From: Octopus vulgaris
Taxonomy: Eukaryota
Length of the DNA stretch: 64,000 nucleotides
Direction: 5' to 3'
Assembly: GCA_951406725.2 (NCBI GenBank)
Contig: OX597819.1
Span: 10,788,001-10,852,000 of the forward strand
A program made the translations under genes and the position numbers. How positions within the stretch are numbered: the first letter of the stretch is position 1; every line of letters begins with the position of its first letter. Positions 51,721 through 64,000 of this stretch are shown in pieces. The notes below the pieces were generated by a model. It saw nothing but the letters and a program-made list of their open reading frames with translations, was not told where the DNA came from and ran no database searches.

Positions 51721-52685
51721 AAAGTGGAGAAAATATGGAGAAAAAGAAAGAAGTGAGGTAAGGAATGGGTTTGGTTAGAAAGATTGAACCTTATTCCTCA
51801 GCTGTTGGAAATCAATGTTCTATTGATCTGGTTAGTAGAGGTCATGCAACATACTCCAGCTTTGTATCAATATTAGCCTCTTTAGCAGAATTTAATGGAT
51901 AGGCTTAGGTGTTGGCTTTGAACTTATAAAGCCATCAAAAGAATTGCATTGGAACTGTGCATGGACAAAAGCTTTAGGAGAACAAAACCAAACCAATAAA
52001 AAAAAAAGAAAGAGAAATATAAAAAAAAAATGAAAAAAAAGGTGAATACTAGCCATTGCAAACTCAAACTATCAAATAACAATAATTTCTATTTTCATAT
52101 GCATCAGTTTAATTCATATGAGAAGCCGGAAATTATTATCAGCAGTATGGGGAGTATTGCCTTTTATTCTTGTGTCACCGCATTGTCGAGATAACAAGCT
52201 TGAAGCATTATTTCAACTTATTAACTTATTGCAAACAATAAATTCTTGGTGGAAATATTTCTTCAACCAACTGTATGATTGCTTACAATGCAAACAATAA
52301 ACAAGGAGATGGCAGCAGTTAGTGTTAGCAAAAGGGAGGAAATTCAATAAGAAACATTTTTAGAAGAACAATCGCAGGCAATTTACATGTTTAATTCTAT
52401 TTGATTTTTATCATTTATGTGTGTACATGTACACACACAAACACATACACACACTCAAACATACAAACAAACATATAAATACAGTAAGTAGGTAATTTAT
52501 AGGGAGGAGGGAGTAGATGAAGTGTATGTGTGTGTGTGTGTGAGGATAGGTTGATAGATAGCGTATATGTATGTACATATATACAACACACTTTACTATA
52601 TATACACACTGATGTATTTTATTCATAATAGACATACATTAATTTTACAAAAATACACACTACATTTATATATGCACACTCTACT

Positions 52686-52795
52686 CATCTGTCCATACAG
52701 TCATACTGTATACACACACACACATCTGTCCATACAGTCATACTGTATACACACACACACACATCTGTCCATACAGTCATACTGTATACACACAC
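52686..52795. repeat. Three-copy ~38-bp minisatellite with an internal hairpin
   Basis: CATCTGTCC-ATACAGT-CAT-ACTGTAT-(AC)n three times. Confidence 0.85.
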
Positions 52796-53373
52796 GTGTG
52801 TGTGTGTGTGTGTGTAATTTAAATGTTTCTCTTGAGATGTCATATTTGTTTTTCATTTTTGCCTGGCAAGAGAATAAGTTTTTGATATATTTCTGTTAAT
52901 TATATATATTTTCCCCTTTGTTGCTATTTTACTTAAGACAAAAGCTAATGACTACAAAGACACCCCTCTCTACTTCTTTTCCCAAATAATTTGCCAAATG
53001 AGACAATTTATATTCAGAAGGCATATACTTCTATATAACGTTTTATAATAAATTTTCAATTTCAAATGAAAAATAAAATAAAATGTAACCATACACACAG
53101 AAACAAAATAAAAGGGGAAAATGTGTAGGAAGGAGTGAGAAAGGAAAAAACAATAACTGGTGTTTAATTTAGGATTTTAACTTTTCGACAATGGCAGAAG
53201 TGGCAATCATCACAACAACAATACTTCCATAACAATGAAGACTACCATAACCACTATTACAACACAATTACCAATGACCAACCACCATTGCAAACATCAT
53301 ACAAGAGAAACCACTGTCATCACCACATCTACCATAATAAACAACAGCAATGAGCAGCATCACAACCACCATT

Positions 53374-53677
53374 GGCGCTCCGTTGGTTACGATGACAAGG
53401 GTTCCAGTTGATCCGATCACCAGAAAAGCCTGCTCATGAAATTAACATGCAAGTTGCTGAGCATTCTACAGACATACTCTTTTACTTGTTTCAGTCATTT
53501 GACTGTGGCCATGCTGGAGCACCGCCTTTAATCAAGCAAATCGACCCCGGCACTTATTCTTTGTAAGCCCAGTACTTATTCTATCGGTCTCTTTTGCCAA
53601 ACCGCTAAGTGACGGGGACATAAACACACCAGCATCGGTTGTCAAGCAATGCTAGGGGGACAAACACGGACACACAA

Positions 53678-53722
<45 letters not shown>

Positions 53723-54108
53723 TACGACGGGCTTCTTTCAGTTTCCGTCTACCAAATCCACTCACAAGGCTTTGGTCGGCCCGAGGCTATAGTAGAAGAC
53801 ACTTGCCCAAGATGCCACACAGTAGGACTGAACCCGGAACCATGTGGTTGGTAAACAAGCTACTTACCACACAACCACTCCTGCTCTTAATGTGAGCTCT
53901 TAATGTAGTTCTCAAGGATATTCAGCGAGATACAGGATGTGACAAGGCTGGCCCTTTGCAATACAGGTACTACTCATTTTTGCCAGCTGGGTGAATTGGA
54001 GCAATGTGAAATAGAGTGTCTTGCTCAAGAACACGACATGCTGCTGGAAATTGAACTCATGACCTTATGATCCTGGGCCGAATAGTGATTACCACTAAGC
54101 CACATGCC
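53374..54108 (-). mobile_element. SINE family C-related copy split by a family B insertion
   Basis: 53374-53474 and 53893-53970 are the reverse complement of the 55690-55870 3' region. A tRNA-like head lies at about 54030-54108. Confidence 0.8.
53475..53884 (-). mobile_element. Full-length SINE family B
   Basis: Reverse complement of 23316-23719. Confidence 0.9.
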
Positions 54109-54571
54109 TTTACATAAGCACCACTAAAACTTCAGTGATCGGAACATCAGATTGAATGGTGGTGATAAATGGTGTTTGATGAAACAGTTACAAAGAACAG
54201 ATTGCAGTATAGAAGCATTGGTATTAGCACAAATGTAATTTTCTAAAATACACAGTAAATTACATAGTTCTATTGGATAGTTTTACATTTGACTTGTTAA
54301 TAAGTAAACCTAGCAGTATACATTGTAATTAGTGATGCAGCCAGCTTTCTTCTAACGAACAAAACAACTTAAAAACTGGAATATTATGTCTTAAACACAC
54401 ATAACAAGCAGTAAAGGAGAAACTCACAATGGACACTACAACTGAAGCATTAATAGAACTTAACAATAGAAAATCCACACATATAAGAATTCTTATTGCT
54501 TCATTAAATTGCTCTGTACTTTTCTAAAGTCATCAAGTAATTATTCTTCATCTCGTTACACAATGTTAATT

Positions 54572-54918
54572 CATCATCATCATCATCATCGTTTAGCATC
54601 CGCTTTCCATGCTGGCATGGGTTGGACGGTTCAACTGGGGTCTGGGAAGCCAGAAGGCTGCACCAGGCCCAGTTTGATCTGGCAATGTTTCTACGGCTGG
54701 ATGCCCTTCCTAACGCCAACCACTCCATGAGTGTAGTGGGTGCTTTTTACGTGCCACCGGCACAGGTGCCAGAGAGTCTGGCAAACGGCCACTATTGGAT
54801 GGTGCCTTTTATGTGCCACCGGCACGAGGCCAGTCGGGGCTGGCAACGGCCACGAACGGATGGTGCTTTTTACGTGCCACCGGCACGAGGCCAGTCGGGG
54901 CGGCGCTGGCAACGGCAC
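54572..54918 (-). mobile_element. Family A (RTE 3' region) with three internal units
   Basis: (CAT)n tail and three GTGCCACCGGCAC units. Confidence 0.85.
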
Positions 54919-55488
54919 ACAACAGATTGGTATTGAGAAAGCAAAGAACCAGCTACTCTATATATTAAAACAAAATCCACAACAGCTTTAAAATACATTA
55001 TAGTAGCAGCAATAACTGGTCTTGCTTGGATTTATTAATACTTAAAATAAATACAAATATATGAATCCACAGTATTTGGAATAAATGATGCCAACAATGT
55101 TTAGTTCATCTGGAAATGTTGATTCACTCAGAATTATTTCCTTGAAGCCAAATAAAAAATAATTCAAGATGAGTTGCATAAAATTATGCAAAAAAAAAAA
55201 GAAAAAAGGTGGACAAATACAGAACTTAAAAGCCACGTAACCTATGATTCCTCTCTAAAAAGTTGAGCCACTACATAAAATTTCAGTTGCTAGACCCAAA
55301 ACTGTTGACTACAACTTGGAATACACATATAGACATACATACACATATTCAATTTTATATATTAAGACATATAATGGCCTTTACATGCTCAAACTACTGT
55401 TGGATACAGTCTAGTGAATTTAGAACTGAATATGTGTAGTTTGAATGTAAGAGAACAACAGTCTCCCACAAGCCATATTTAGCACATG

Positions 55489-55882
55489 TGGAGGTGCAAT
55501 GGCCCAGTGGTTAGGGCAGCAGACTCACAGTCGTAGGATCGCGGTTTCGATTCCCAGACCGGGCGTTGTGAGTGTTTATTGAGCGAAAACACCTAAAAAA
55601 GCTCCACGAGGCTCCGGCAGGGGATGGTGGTGATCCCTGCTGTACTCTTTCACCACAACTTTCTCTCACTCTTACTTCCTGTTTCTATTGTACCTGTATT
55701 TCAAAGGGCCGGCCTTGTCACTCTCTGTGTCACGCTGAATATCCCCGAGAACTGCGTTAAGGGTACACGTGTCTGTGGAGTGCTCAGCCACTTACACGTT
55801 AATTTCACGAGCAGGCTGTTCCGTTGATTTGGATCAACCGGAACCCTCGTCGTCGTAACCGACGGAGTGCTTCCATCCATCC
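55489..55882 (+). mobile_element. Full-length tRNA-derived SINE family C with a 12-bp TSD
   Basis: A-box TGGCCCAGTGG, B-box GTTTCGATTCC and a (TCCA)n tail. ATTTAGCACATG occurs at 55477-55488 and 55883-55894. Confidence 0.9.
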
Positions 55883-57009
55883 ATTTAGCACATGCTTTAG
55901 ACTATGTTTATGTGATTTAAAATGGGGTTACATGCTTTTGAATAAGGCTACATTTTAATTTAAGGACAGTATGCCTTCGCAACCTGAGTTCTAAAATGTA
56001 CATAGTCAATGTGCATGATCAGTGGCTAGTCCTTTATCATCATTAGTTACTACTTACTCCCTGTGTTTGCAAATTAAAACAGAGATGGCTGACTACAATA
56101 ACAACAAAATGTTCTTTTAAAGTTCAATTGTTCATCAATTGCTGTTGAACATGCACCAGTTCAACCCTGATTTAGCAGACTTAAGATCCAAAGGCAATCA
56201 AACTGTAACCATCACATCTTTTTATATATCTGGGATTACATAGCCCAATGTGTCTTTTACTTAAGATGTAAGGGTGGAATTTGTAGGAGACTTGGCTATT
56301 ATTTCTAGCAGATTGAGTGATTATGTAGAAGCTCTTTCATTGGCTCATTAAGCCAATAATAAACATTGGTCTCTACTTATTCTGTCATTGAACAAATTAA
56401 TGTTAAACCAGGTTTAGGACTCATGAATATTACCAAAAACCAACAAGGCCCTTGAACACCTCTAACCTACTTTGGAATGGTACCAAAAACTTCATATGCA
56501 ACTCAAACTTCCCTTTACTTAAATTCTTTACTTATATTCTCAACTAAATACACTGCTTCTTGAGCAAGATTTTCATCATAATCATGGTAGTAGTGATGCT
56601 GAGGGTTACAACAATGGATAATTACAATGCTTGAATACAGCAACTTTGTTGAGCTTGCAAAGAATTCCAAAGACTCTTCCTGGTTAATTTATATTTGATA
56701 ATATTTAAGAGTTGTGCTGCAAAACAAGAAATGTAGTATCTACTACCACACTAATAACACATATGTCAGAAAGTAGCAAGGCACACATTACTTTTAATGT
56801 AGTTATTATGATATCAGTCACATTTTAAATGCCACCCCCCACACACATGCTTTTTGACTAGTGAACTAATATTACATAATGCAATTCCATTCTTAGCCAA
56901 AATGTGAGGATATATTTTTTATATTTGTTTGGCATGAATTAAATGGGTACAGCCTACTGCCACTCCTTCTATCACCATGACAACTGACTTCTTTTCTTCA
57001 TATCTTCCT

Positions 57010-57570
57010 TAGTCATACTCTATCAGGAGTAGTCTTTCACTGTCATCACAATACCTTTTTACCCATTGCTTCAGGACAACTATTTCTCCTCTTTACATTG
57101 GGGAATGCTTTAATGCCTGGCTTGCTCACTTGTACTTTAATTTCCATGTAAGTTGATGTTGCATTTCCAAGTGATCAAAGTGGGCTCATTTCTCCTCTTT
57201 TTAATGTTCAAGTCACATGGCCATGTAGTTATCAATCTCCTTACACCTGCTTGCTTCATACAATCTACCTTTTATATGCATATCTATAGTGTTTCCAAGT
57301 CATTATGTCCCCTGTTCAATGTCTTTCAACTACTGGTCTTCTTTATATTGTTCCCTCTTGCTTTGACCATTGTCCGTTCCACCCACAAACACCTGTTAAC
57401 TTTCCCACCTCTTTTTTATTATTTACTGCAACAGTTTTTTTCTCTCCCTTTCACTACTCCTGATTTATTTATCTTGCAACTAATAAACATTTCATCACAT
57501 TCTGAAGAATTCAGTTTGAAATGTTCCATCTCTCTCTGATGAAGGTTTCTACTTAAAAACAGTAGATCTA
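57010..57570 (+). mobile_element. Possible highly decayed Penelope-like 3' region
   Basis: LYIGE at 57091-57105, then CTGAAGA...GAAATGTT and CTGATGA-AGGT-TTCT-ACTT-AAAAAC remnants. Confidence 0.3.
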
Positions 57571-58581
57571 TCTTCTTCATTACAGAATAAAATTTGATAT
57601 TACAATTTGCAGAGACATCACTAGTTTCTTCATAATCTGTTTTAATACCGTCAATATGGTAATATAATCTGTTTTAATACTTTCTATATGAAGTGAGAAA
57701 TATTTTGTTGTCAATAAAAGAATGACTTAAACTACTTCCATCTCTTTCTCATTCGTCAATTCTTCCACTATAATTACATCCAACACTATGGTTTTCATGA
57801 GCCAATAAAGGAACCTTTATGTGGTTCTTTACCCGCTAGCTTTGGCTGTCAAATTTCCTTGAAATTACTTCTAATGCTTTAAAAATGGAAGGATACTTTA
57901 AATAATATAGCCTTTGATGCTGTCTAGGGAAAAAAAAGACAAAGTTGATCATAGTTAGAACATCTTTGATGATAGGTTTGCTCAATCAAGGCTAACCTGG
58001 GGCTAAACGACAGCACTTCAGTCATCTTGATAATAGAAATTATCTACTATACCTGTCAACCAGCTCAGCACTACATAGATAGATTTTTATTTCATAGTGT
58101 TTCTTCAGTTAATTACTTCGGTGCATCTAGCATATCTGATATTGTGTATTCTGTCATTTTGCCTGAGATCCCACTAATATATTTATTAGGAATTTGAAAG
58201 AAAATTTATAAAGTTAAAAAAAGAAAATCATCAGATGTTCTTTTTTTTCTACCACTTATATTCTACCATTTTTTAAAAATGTTCATCATTAATTTCTGAT
58301 CATTTATTGAATTTGAAACTACTGTACTAAAACCAATAAGCACCAGCATCCAACATACTAACCAACAGAAGCCTTATTAGGTATCATCAAAGTGGCAGCA
58401 GACATTATCACCAAATGAGAAAACGGTAAAAGGAGACAAAGCAGTTATGAGGTTTTATGCAACAGCCAATAATTGGTAAAGTGGGATTAATGAAAAAGAT
58501 GAGGTTTATAAAACGAGAGGAATTGTTGTAATGTAGAAAAAAAGGAAAAAGAGGATGTTAATTTCCCTCAGGCAACTTTAA

Positions 58582-58801
58582 CCCTTTAGCATTCAGATTA
58601 TTCTGTAAAATGTAAAGCTTATGTATTCACACCATGTAAAATTAATCTTGCATCATTTCATGGCTTTGAGATTTCAATGATGTGATTGTTTATTTTTAAA
58701 ATGACACAATAAGATAGCTATGAATGACCATATCTGACTAGTTTGAACATAAAATAGGTAGAATATTTTGGCCGGATATGGCCAGTTTAAACACTAAAGG
58801 G
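58582..58801. mobile_element. piggyBac-type MITE family P2
   Basis: TTAA|CCCTTTAG ... CTAAAGGG|TTAA. Confidence 0.85.
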
Positions 58802-59702
58802 TTAAATATCTTTTTTTAATTCTCTAAATATTAAAATTACTTGGCTATTTCTAGTTTAAAATAAGTATTCTGTCGCATCTGTAAAACTGCATTAGGCCAA
58901 ATAACATTCATTCTTCACTCTTTGAGTCTAACAAGTCAGCTTCCAATCCAACATGCAGTATTTCTAACTGAATACCAACATCAATATTCATTAATTTCTA
59001 CTTAACTGAAACAATATAGAATTAAGATTGACAACTGACAGTTGGTAGAAGGCATTAGAAATATAGGTGCTATAATCACGGGAAGACAGCTGCAAGAGAA
59101 ATACCTGTCTAAGGTTATGTAATTATATACTACTTTTAGTGACAGAGAGAATGTGACATTTGTATGCACCTTGGTAGTGAGCTTTGCATAAATTAGAAAT
59201 GCATGAATGGCATAGTGGCTTAGGACTAATAATTTGCTTAATAAAAATGTCTCTGGAAACAGGGAATTGACCAGATTATGTGATCATTTTGTTACATAAT
59301 TTAGAAACTAGTTATACAAAGAATTCTAAATATGAAAATAAAAGAGAGACATGACAGGGATTTCTATTATCTTTTGACAAATGGATAAAACAGGCTGTCT
59401 GAAAATATGAGATTGCATTTTCTCATCTTATGATGAAATGACTGAAAACATGAACAATCTCACAAATCATGTTTCCTATGTCAGAAGAGCTGAGCAACTC
59501 AGTGACACGTTTATCTACAATGTCACATTTTTATATTTTTGCTACCAAGTAATTTTAGAATTTTTTTTCCTTTTTAGAGCTATTAAATGATTTGATAAAC
59601 CTCTCAATCCATGTGTGTTACTATATCAAAGATTCACCTCAAATAGCAAACATCCTTTTATCAATGTTACTGGCAAAATACATTTATTGTATATAGCCCC
59701 TG

Positions 59703-60411
59703 CCCATTCAAAGTACCTTGGATCCCAGAACATCTCGCTGTGCTTGAGGAGACCTGTTGAGTCAAGTGCATGTACATGAACATCGAAACAAATATCAATG
59801 GAAATAGTAGTTGTGATACCTATGCTGGAGGCACATAAAAAGCACCATCCGAACGTGGCCGTTGCCAGCGCCGCCTCGACTGGCTTCTGTGCCGGTGGCA
59901 CATAAAAAGCACCATCCGAACGTGGCCGATGCCAGCGCCGCCTCGACTGGCTTCTGTGCCGGTGGCACATAAAAAGCACCATCCGAACGTGGCCGATGCC
60001 AGCGCCACCTTGGCTGGCTTCCGTGCCGGTGGCACATAAAAAGCACCATCCGAACGTGGCCGATGCCAGCGCCGCCTCGACTGGCTTCTGTACCGGTGGC
60101 ACATAAAAAGCACCATCTGAACGTGGCCGATGCCAGCGCCACCTTGACTGGCTTCTGTGCCGGTGGCATGTTAAAAGCACCAACCGATCGTGGCCGATGC
60201 CAAACTCTGCTGGCACCTGTGCCGGTGGCACGTAAAAAGCACCCACTATACTCGCGGAGTGTTTGGCGTTAGGAAGGGCATCCAGCTGTAGAAACACTGC
60301 CAGATCAAACTGGAGCTTGGTGCAGCCCCTGGCTTCCCAGACCCCGGTCGAACCGTCCAACCCGTGCTAGTGCGGAAAACGGACGTTAAACGATGATGAT
60401 GATGATGATGA
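59703..60411 (+). mobile_element. Family A (RTE 3' region) with a 67-bp tandem array
   Basis: Units start at 59842, 59909, 59976, 60043, 60110 and 60177 (the last is 62 bp), followed by the conserved body and a (GAT)n tail. Confidence 0.9.
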
Positions 60412-60869
60412 TTGTGCAATTTTCCTTGAGAGTTACTAATTTTATTTAATATAGCTTACAATGGATTTGTGATACAATACTGCCATTCATTGTTCTTTGG
60501 TATTGAATGTATAGTAGCTTCACGGTTCTATAATCCAGAGCAGGAGTTCTTAACTAGGGATACTTATCTCTAATATTTTCTATAAACAAATATGACAAAA
60601 TCCTTATGATTTTCTTTCCTGTTCTGTTCCTGATTATCTACATGTAAAGAAAAACTCAAACTCTTGGTATCTTTTGAAATAATACTGGCATCCAATAGGA
60701 CTGGTGGTGGTGGTGGTGGTGGTGATAATGTTGACAGTCCGGTGATAAAGACATATTGGAAAAAAAGTGATGAAAACTCCAGATCTAGAAATTCTGATTC
60801 CAAGTAATTGCCATGCTCCTCAAATGTTAAACTCCTTTGCAATCAATATAACATTTATGAATGGATATA

Positions 60870-61016
60870 GGCAATGACAGTGTGGTTAAGTAAGGAGCTT
60901 GCTTCCCAACCATGTGGCCTTGGGCTTTATCTTCCTGTGCAGCAACTTGGGCAAAAGTCTTCTATTTTTGCCCTTGTGAGTGGATTTGGTAGACAGAAAT
61001 TGAAAAAATCCCATAT

Positions 61017-61066
<50 letters not shown>

Positions 61067-61100
61067 TGTGTGTGTACGTGTCTGTGTGTGTTTGTCTACC
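60870..61100 (+). mobile_element. SINE family B, 5' half with (TG)n
   Basis: GCTTGCTTCCCAACCATGTGG...CCTTGTGAGTGGATTTGGTAGACAGAAA. Confidence 0.75.
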
Positions 61101-61148
61101 CTGACAAAATAAATGTTAAAGGCTGATGATGATGATAAGTTCAGCTTT

Positions 61149-61383
61149 CCCCTTTTGTTACCATATTTTATATTTCTGCTGAAACATACTGCCTTTGTTT
61201 CATTCAATTTTGAAAATAATGAAGAATAATGAAGTAAAATAACATTGCCATTATTAAGCTGGTGTTTGGAACATAGATTAATATGAAATTTTGATGAAAA
61301 TTTTAACACAGATCCCTTTAAGACAGAAAGTTTGCACCAGAGTAGCAAAGGTGACCTCAGGCAAATTGGTAAGAAAAGGGTAA
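61149..61383. mobile_element. Diverged relative of the piggyBac MITE P1 family
   Basis: CCCTTTTGTTACC ... GGTAAGAAAAGGG termini. Interior loosely colinear with P1. Confidence 0.5.
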
Positions 61384-62179
61384 AAATGGGTTAAAATATA
61401 CACACTATATATATCATACAATATATACTGTATGTTATATTATATAATAAATTAAAAAAAAATTTTTTTTTTTTATCTAGTTTCAGCTCACGAGCTGTGG
61501 CCATGCTGGGGCACCGCCATGTTGATTTTAAAAGAAATAAAGAGCTTTCCTTCTTAATAATGTAAAAAATGGAATCTGACTATCCTGCAAATTATATAGT
61601 GATTGAATGTACAAATTAAATGCACACTGTTAGCTTATATAATTAAGATTATATAATTAAGACAAGATTAAAAATATGAAATACTGCTTGCTTTAAAGAA
61701 AAACATAAAGATACAACCAAACATAGACTGAGATGATGAAAACTTAAAAATACTTGTTTTAAGATGGAATAAAATAAAAATTATAATAATTTCATTAATT
61801 AAATCAGTGTAAAGAAACACCTTACAGAGTTGAAGATGACGAAGAATAAAGATAAGAGGAAAGGAATTCACCAAATGATGAAAACTGGGAATCTTATAAA
61901 ATCTAATTTTACTTATCAAAACTTTAAAAAAAAAATCACAATCTTACATAGAAAGCCAAACATCAAATGGATATTTGTAACACTTACTTATCATTAAATA
62001 ATTAACTATGTGGATGCTAAAAGGAAGGTGTAGAAATGGTATTGGAATATCTGTAATTTAATTAAGGATAGTAGCTATATAATTAAAACAAAATAGCTAT
62101 AACCAAGAAGTGAATACATTTGTTTCATGAGGCTTGTCTCTACTTTTAAACTAGATGCAATTAAATAAGCATACTCTCT

Positions 62180-62576
62180 CTCTCTTTTTACTCTTTTACT
62201 TGTTTCAGTCATTTGACTGCGGCCATGCTGGAGCAGCGCCTTTAGTCGAGCAAATCGACCCCGGGACTTATTCTTTGTAAGCCCAGTACTTATTCTATCG
62301 GTCTCTTTTGCCGAACCGGCTAAGTGACGGGGACATAAACACACCAGCATCGGTTGTCAAGCAATGCTAGGGGGACAAACACACACACACACAAACACAC
62401 ATATATACATATATATACATATATACGACAGGCTTCTTTCAGTTTCCGTCTACCAAATCCACTCACAAGGCATTGGTCGGCCCGGGGCTATAGCAGAAGA
62501 TGCCACGCAGTGGGACTGAACCCAGAACCATGTGGTTGGTTAGCAAGCTACTTACCACACAGCCACTCCTGCGCCT
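62180..62576 (-). mobile_element. Full-length SINE family B
   Basis: Reverse complement of 23316-23719, with a short deletion in the CORE-like part. Confidence 0.9.
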
Positions 62577-62769
62577 ATCAATTTTATTATATATCTATTT
62601 TATTATAAAATAAAGTACCAGTTGAGTACTGGGAAGTAGAGGGGTAACATAATTTACTATACCTTCACCCACAAAATGTGACCTTTTGTCTATGTAAGAA
62701 ATCAATGTATTAACTTGACCTAAACATATTTGAAAGCATGTGAATGTCCATATATATATATATGAAATC

Positions 62770-63170
62770 TTTATCTTTTACTTGTTTCAGCCATTAGACT
62801 GTGGCTACACTATGCTAAAGGGTCTTTAGTTGAGCAAATCAACTCCAAGACTTTTTCTTTTAAGCCTAGTACTTATTCAGTCTGTTTTTCCAAAGTTATA
62901 GGTGTCACAAACACACCAACACTGGTTGTCAAGCAGTGTTGGGGGGAAAACACAGAGAGATACACACACATAGATATATAGATATCTATATATATGTATA
63001 GATATATATTATAAGCTTCTTTCAGTTTCCATCTACCAAATTTACTCACAAGGTTGTGGTTGGCTCGAGGCTATAGTAGAAAACACTTGCCCAAGCTGCC
63101 ACACAGTGAGACTAAACCCAGAACCATGTGGTTGGGAAGCAAGCTACTTACCACACAGACATGCCTGTGT
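62770..63170 (-). mobile_element. SINE family B, diverged
   Basis: Colinear with 62180-62576. Confidence 0.8.
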
Positions 63171-64000
63171 CTAACATATACATACATTCACATATGCACC
63201 TTTTGTTTTTCAGATATAAAATTCTATGAAAAAAAAATAAAAAGCAATCATAAACTGAAATTTGGGATTTAAGATAACAATATAAAGGACTGCACAAAGA
63301 CTTTTAGACATTCTCAAAAAGTCAAAAAGTTAAAACACAGAATTAAAGTAAATAGGATAAAGGAAAATTTCTTCAGAATTTCAACCCAATCTTCTAGAAA
63401 AAGAGCTAAGTTAGAATTTTTTTAGGATTTAATTTATACTATTTTCATTCCACATTTTATATTTTCTAACAATAACAGATATTATTATTTATTTATTTAT
63501 TCAATTTATTTATTTCAGGTCACAGAGAAATTAGCAAATCTACCAAAATTGTTTCTATGGAAACAAATCGACTTGAGTTATGTTAGATGCACCCAGTTTA
63601 CAAAAGCTAAACAAAATACAACTCATTGAACAATAAATACAAGCTGCTTATTTCGTTTGCAAACATTTCTGTTATTTACTTCACTGTTATTCTACTGGAA
63701 ATGAATATTATATTGAGCAAGACAACAGTTTTGTTGATGCCATTAAAGGTCAGATATGTAATGTCAAACATTAACATTATATAACAAATAGTGTAGACTC
63801 ATTCAAATTAATAAGTCAAGTAAGAACATCATCCTTCCACGAAGGAAATTTTTTTTTCATTTTGCTAAAAAACATCCATGATTTTAATCAATTTGAGAAT
63901 AATTAAAACCAAAATTTTTGTTTTTGCTTTACTTTTCATAGTACAAGACCACAAATACTAAATGTCATAAAATATTTACATGAATAAGGATTCCAATGGT

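Noticed and set aside
55489-55565. tRNA gene
   Set aside because: No complete cloverleaf. It continues into a SINE body bounded by a TSD.
59830-60245. CRISPR-like array of palindromic repeats
   Set aside because: The spacers are near-identical to each other, the array lies inside a retroposon tail, there are no cas genes and the context is eukaryotic.
59626-60360. 244-aa repetitive ORF and related [10 protein letters not shown] ORFs
   Set aside because: Antisense readings of the family A repeat, and the frames are not preserved between copies.

Overview
AT-rich eukaryotic DNA made almost entirely of microsatellites and transposable-element debris. The SINE/RTE repertoire resembles octopus (cephalopod) sequence; this is an inference from memory, not a search result. 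No intact host gene, rRNA, true tRNA or CRISPR array could be supported, and most listed ORFs are translations of simple repeats. Recognisable elements are: a decayed autonomous Helitron (PIF1 helicase plus hairpin-CTAG end); five non-autonomous Helitrons and a Helentron-like element; TTAA piggyBac-type MITEs; Tc1/mariner fragments; R4/Dong, RTE, L1/Tx1 and CR1/Jockey LINE fragments; Penelope-like GIY-YIG fragments; a Gypsy integrase fragment; and three tRNA-headed SINE families. The most interesting signal is a set of type I hammerhead ribozyme motifs. Two look intact: 2022-2079, embedded in a perfect 52-bp palindrome, and 30613-30668. Several decayed or truncated ones also occur, including a 304-bp-spaced pair on the opposite strand next to the second. 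Such motifs are known from Penelope-like elements and retrozymes, so the class is not new, but these copies and their arrangement are testable. All coordinates were read by eye and may be off by a few bases.
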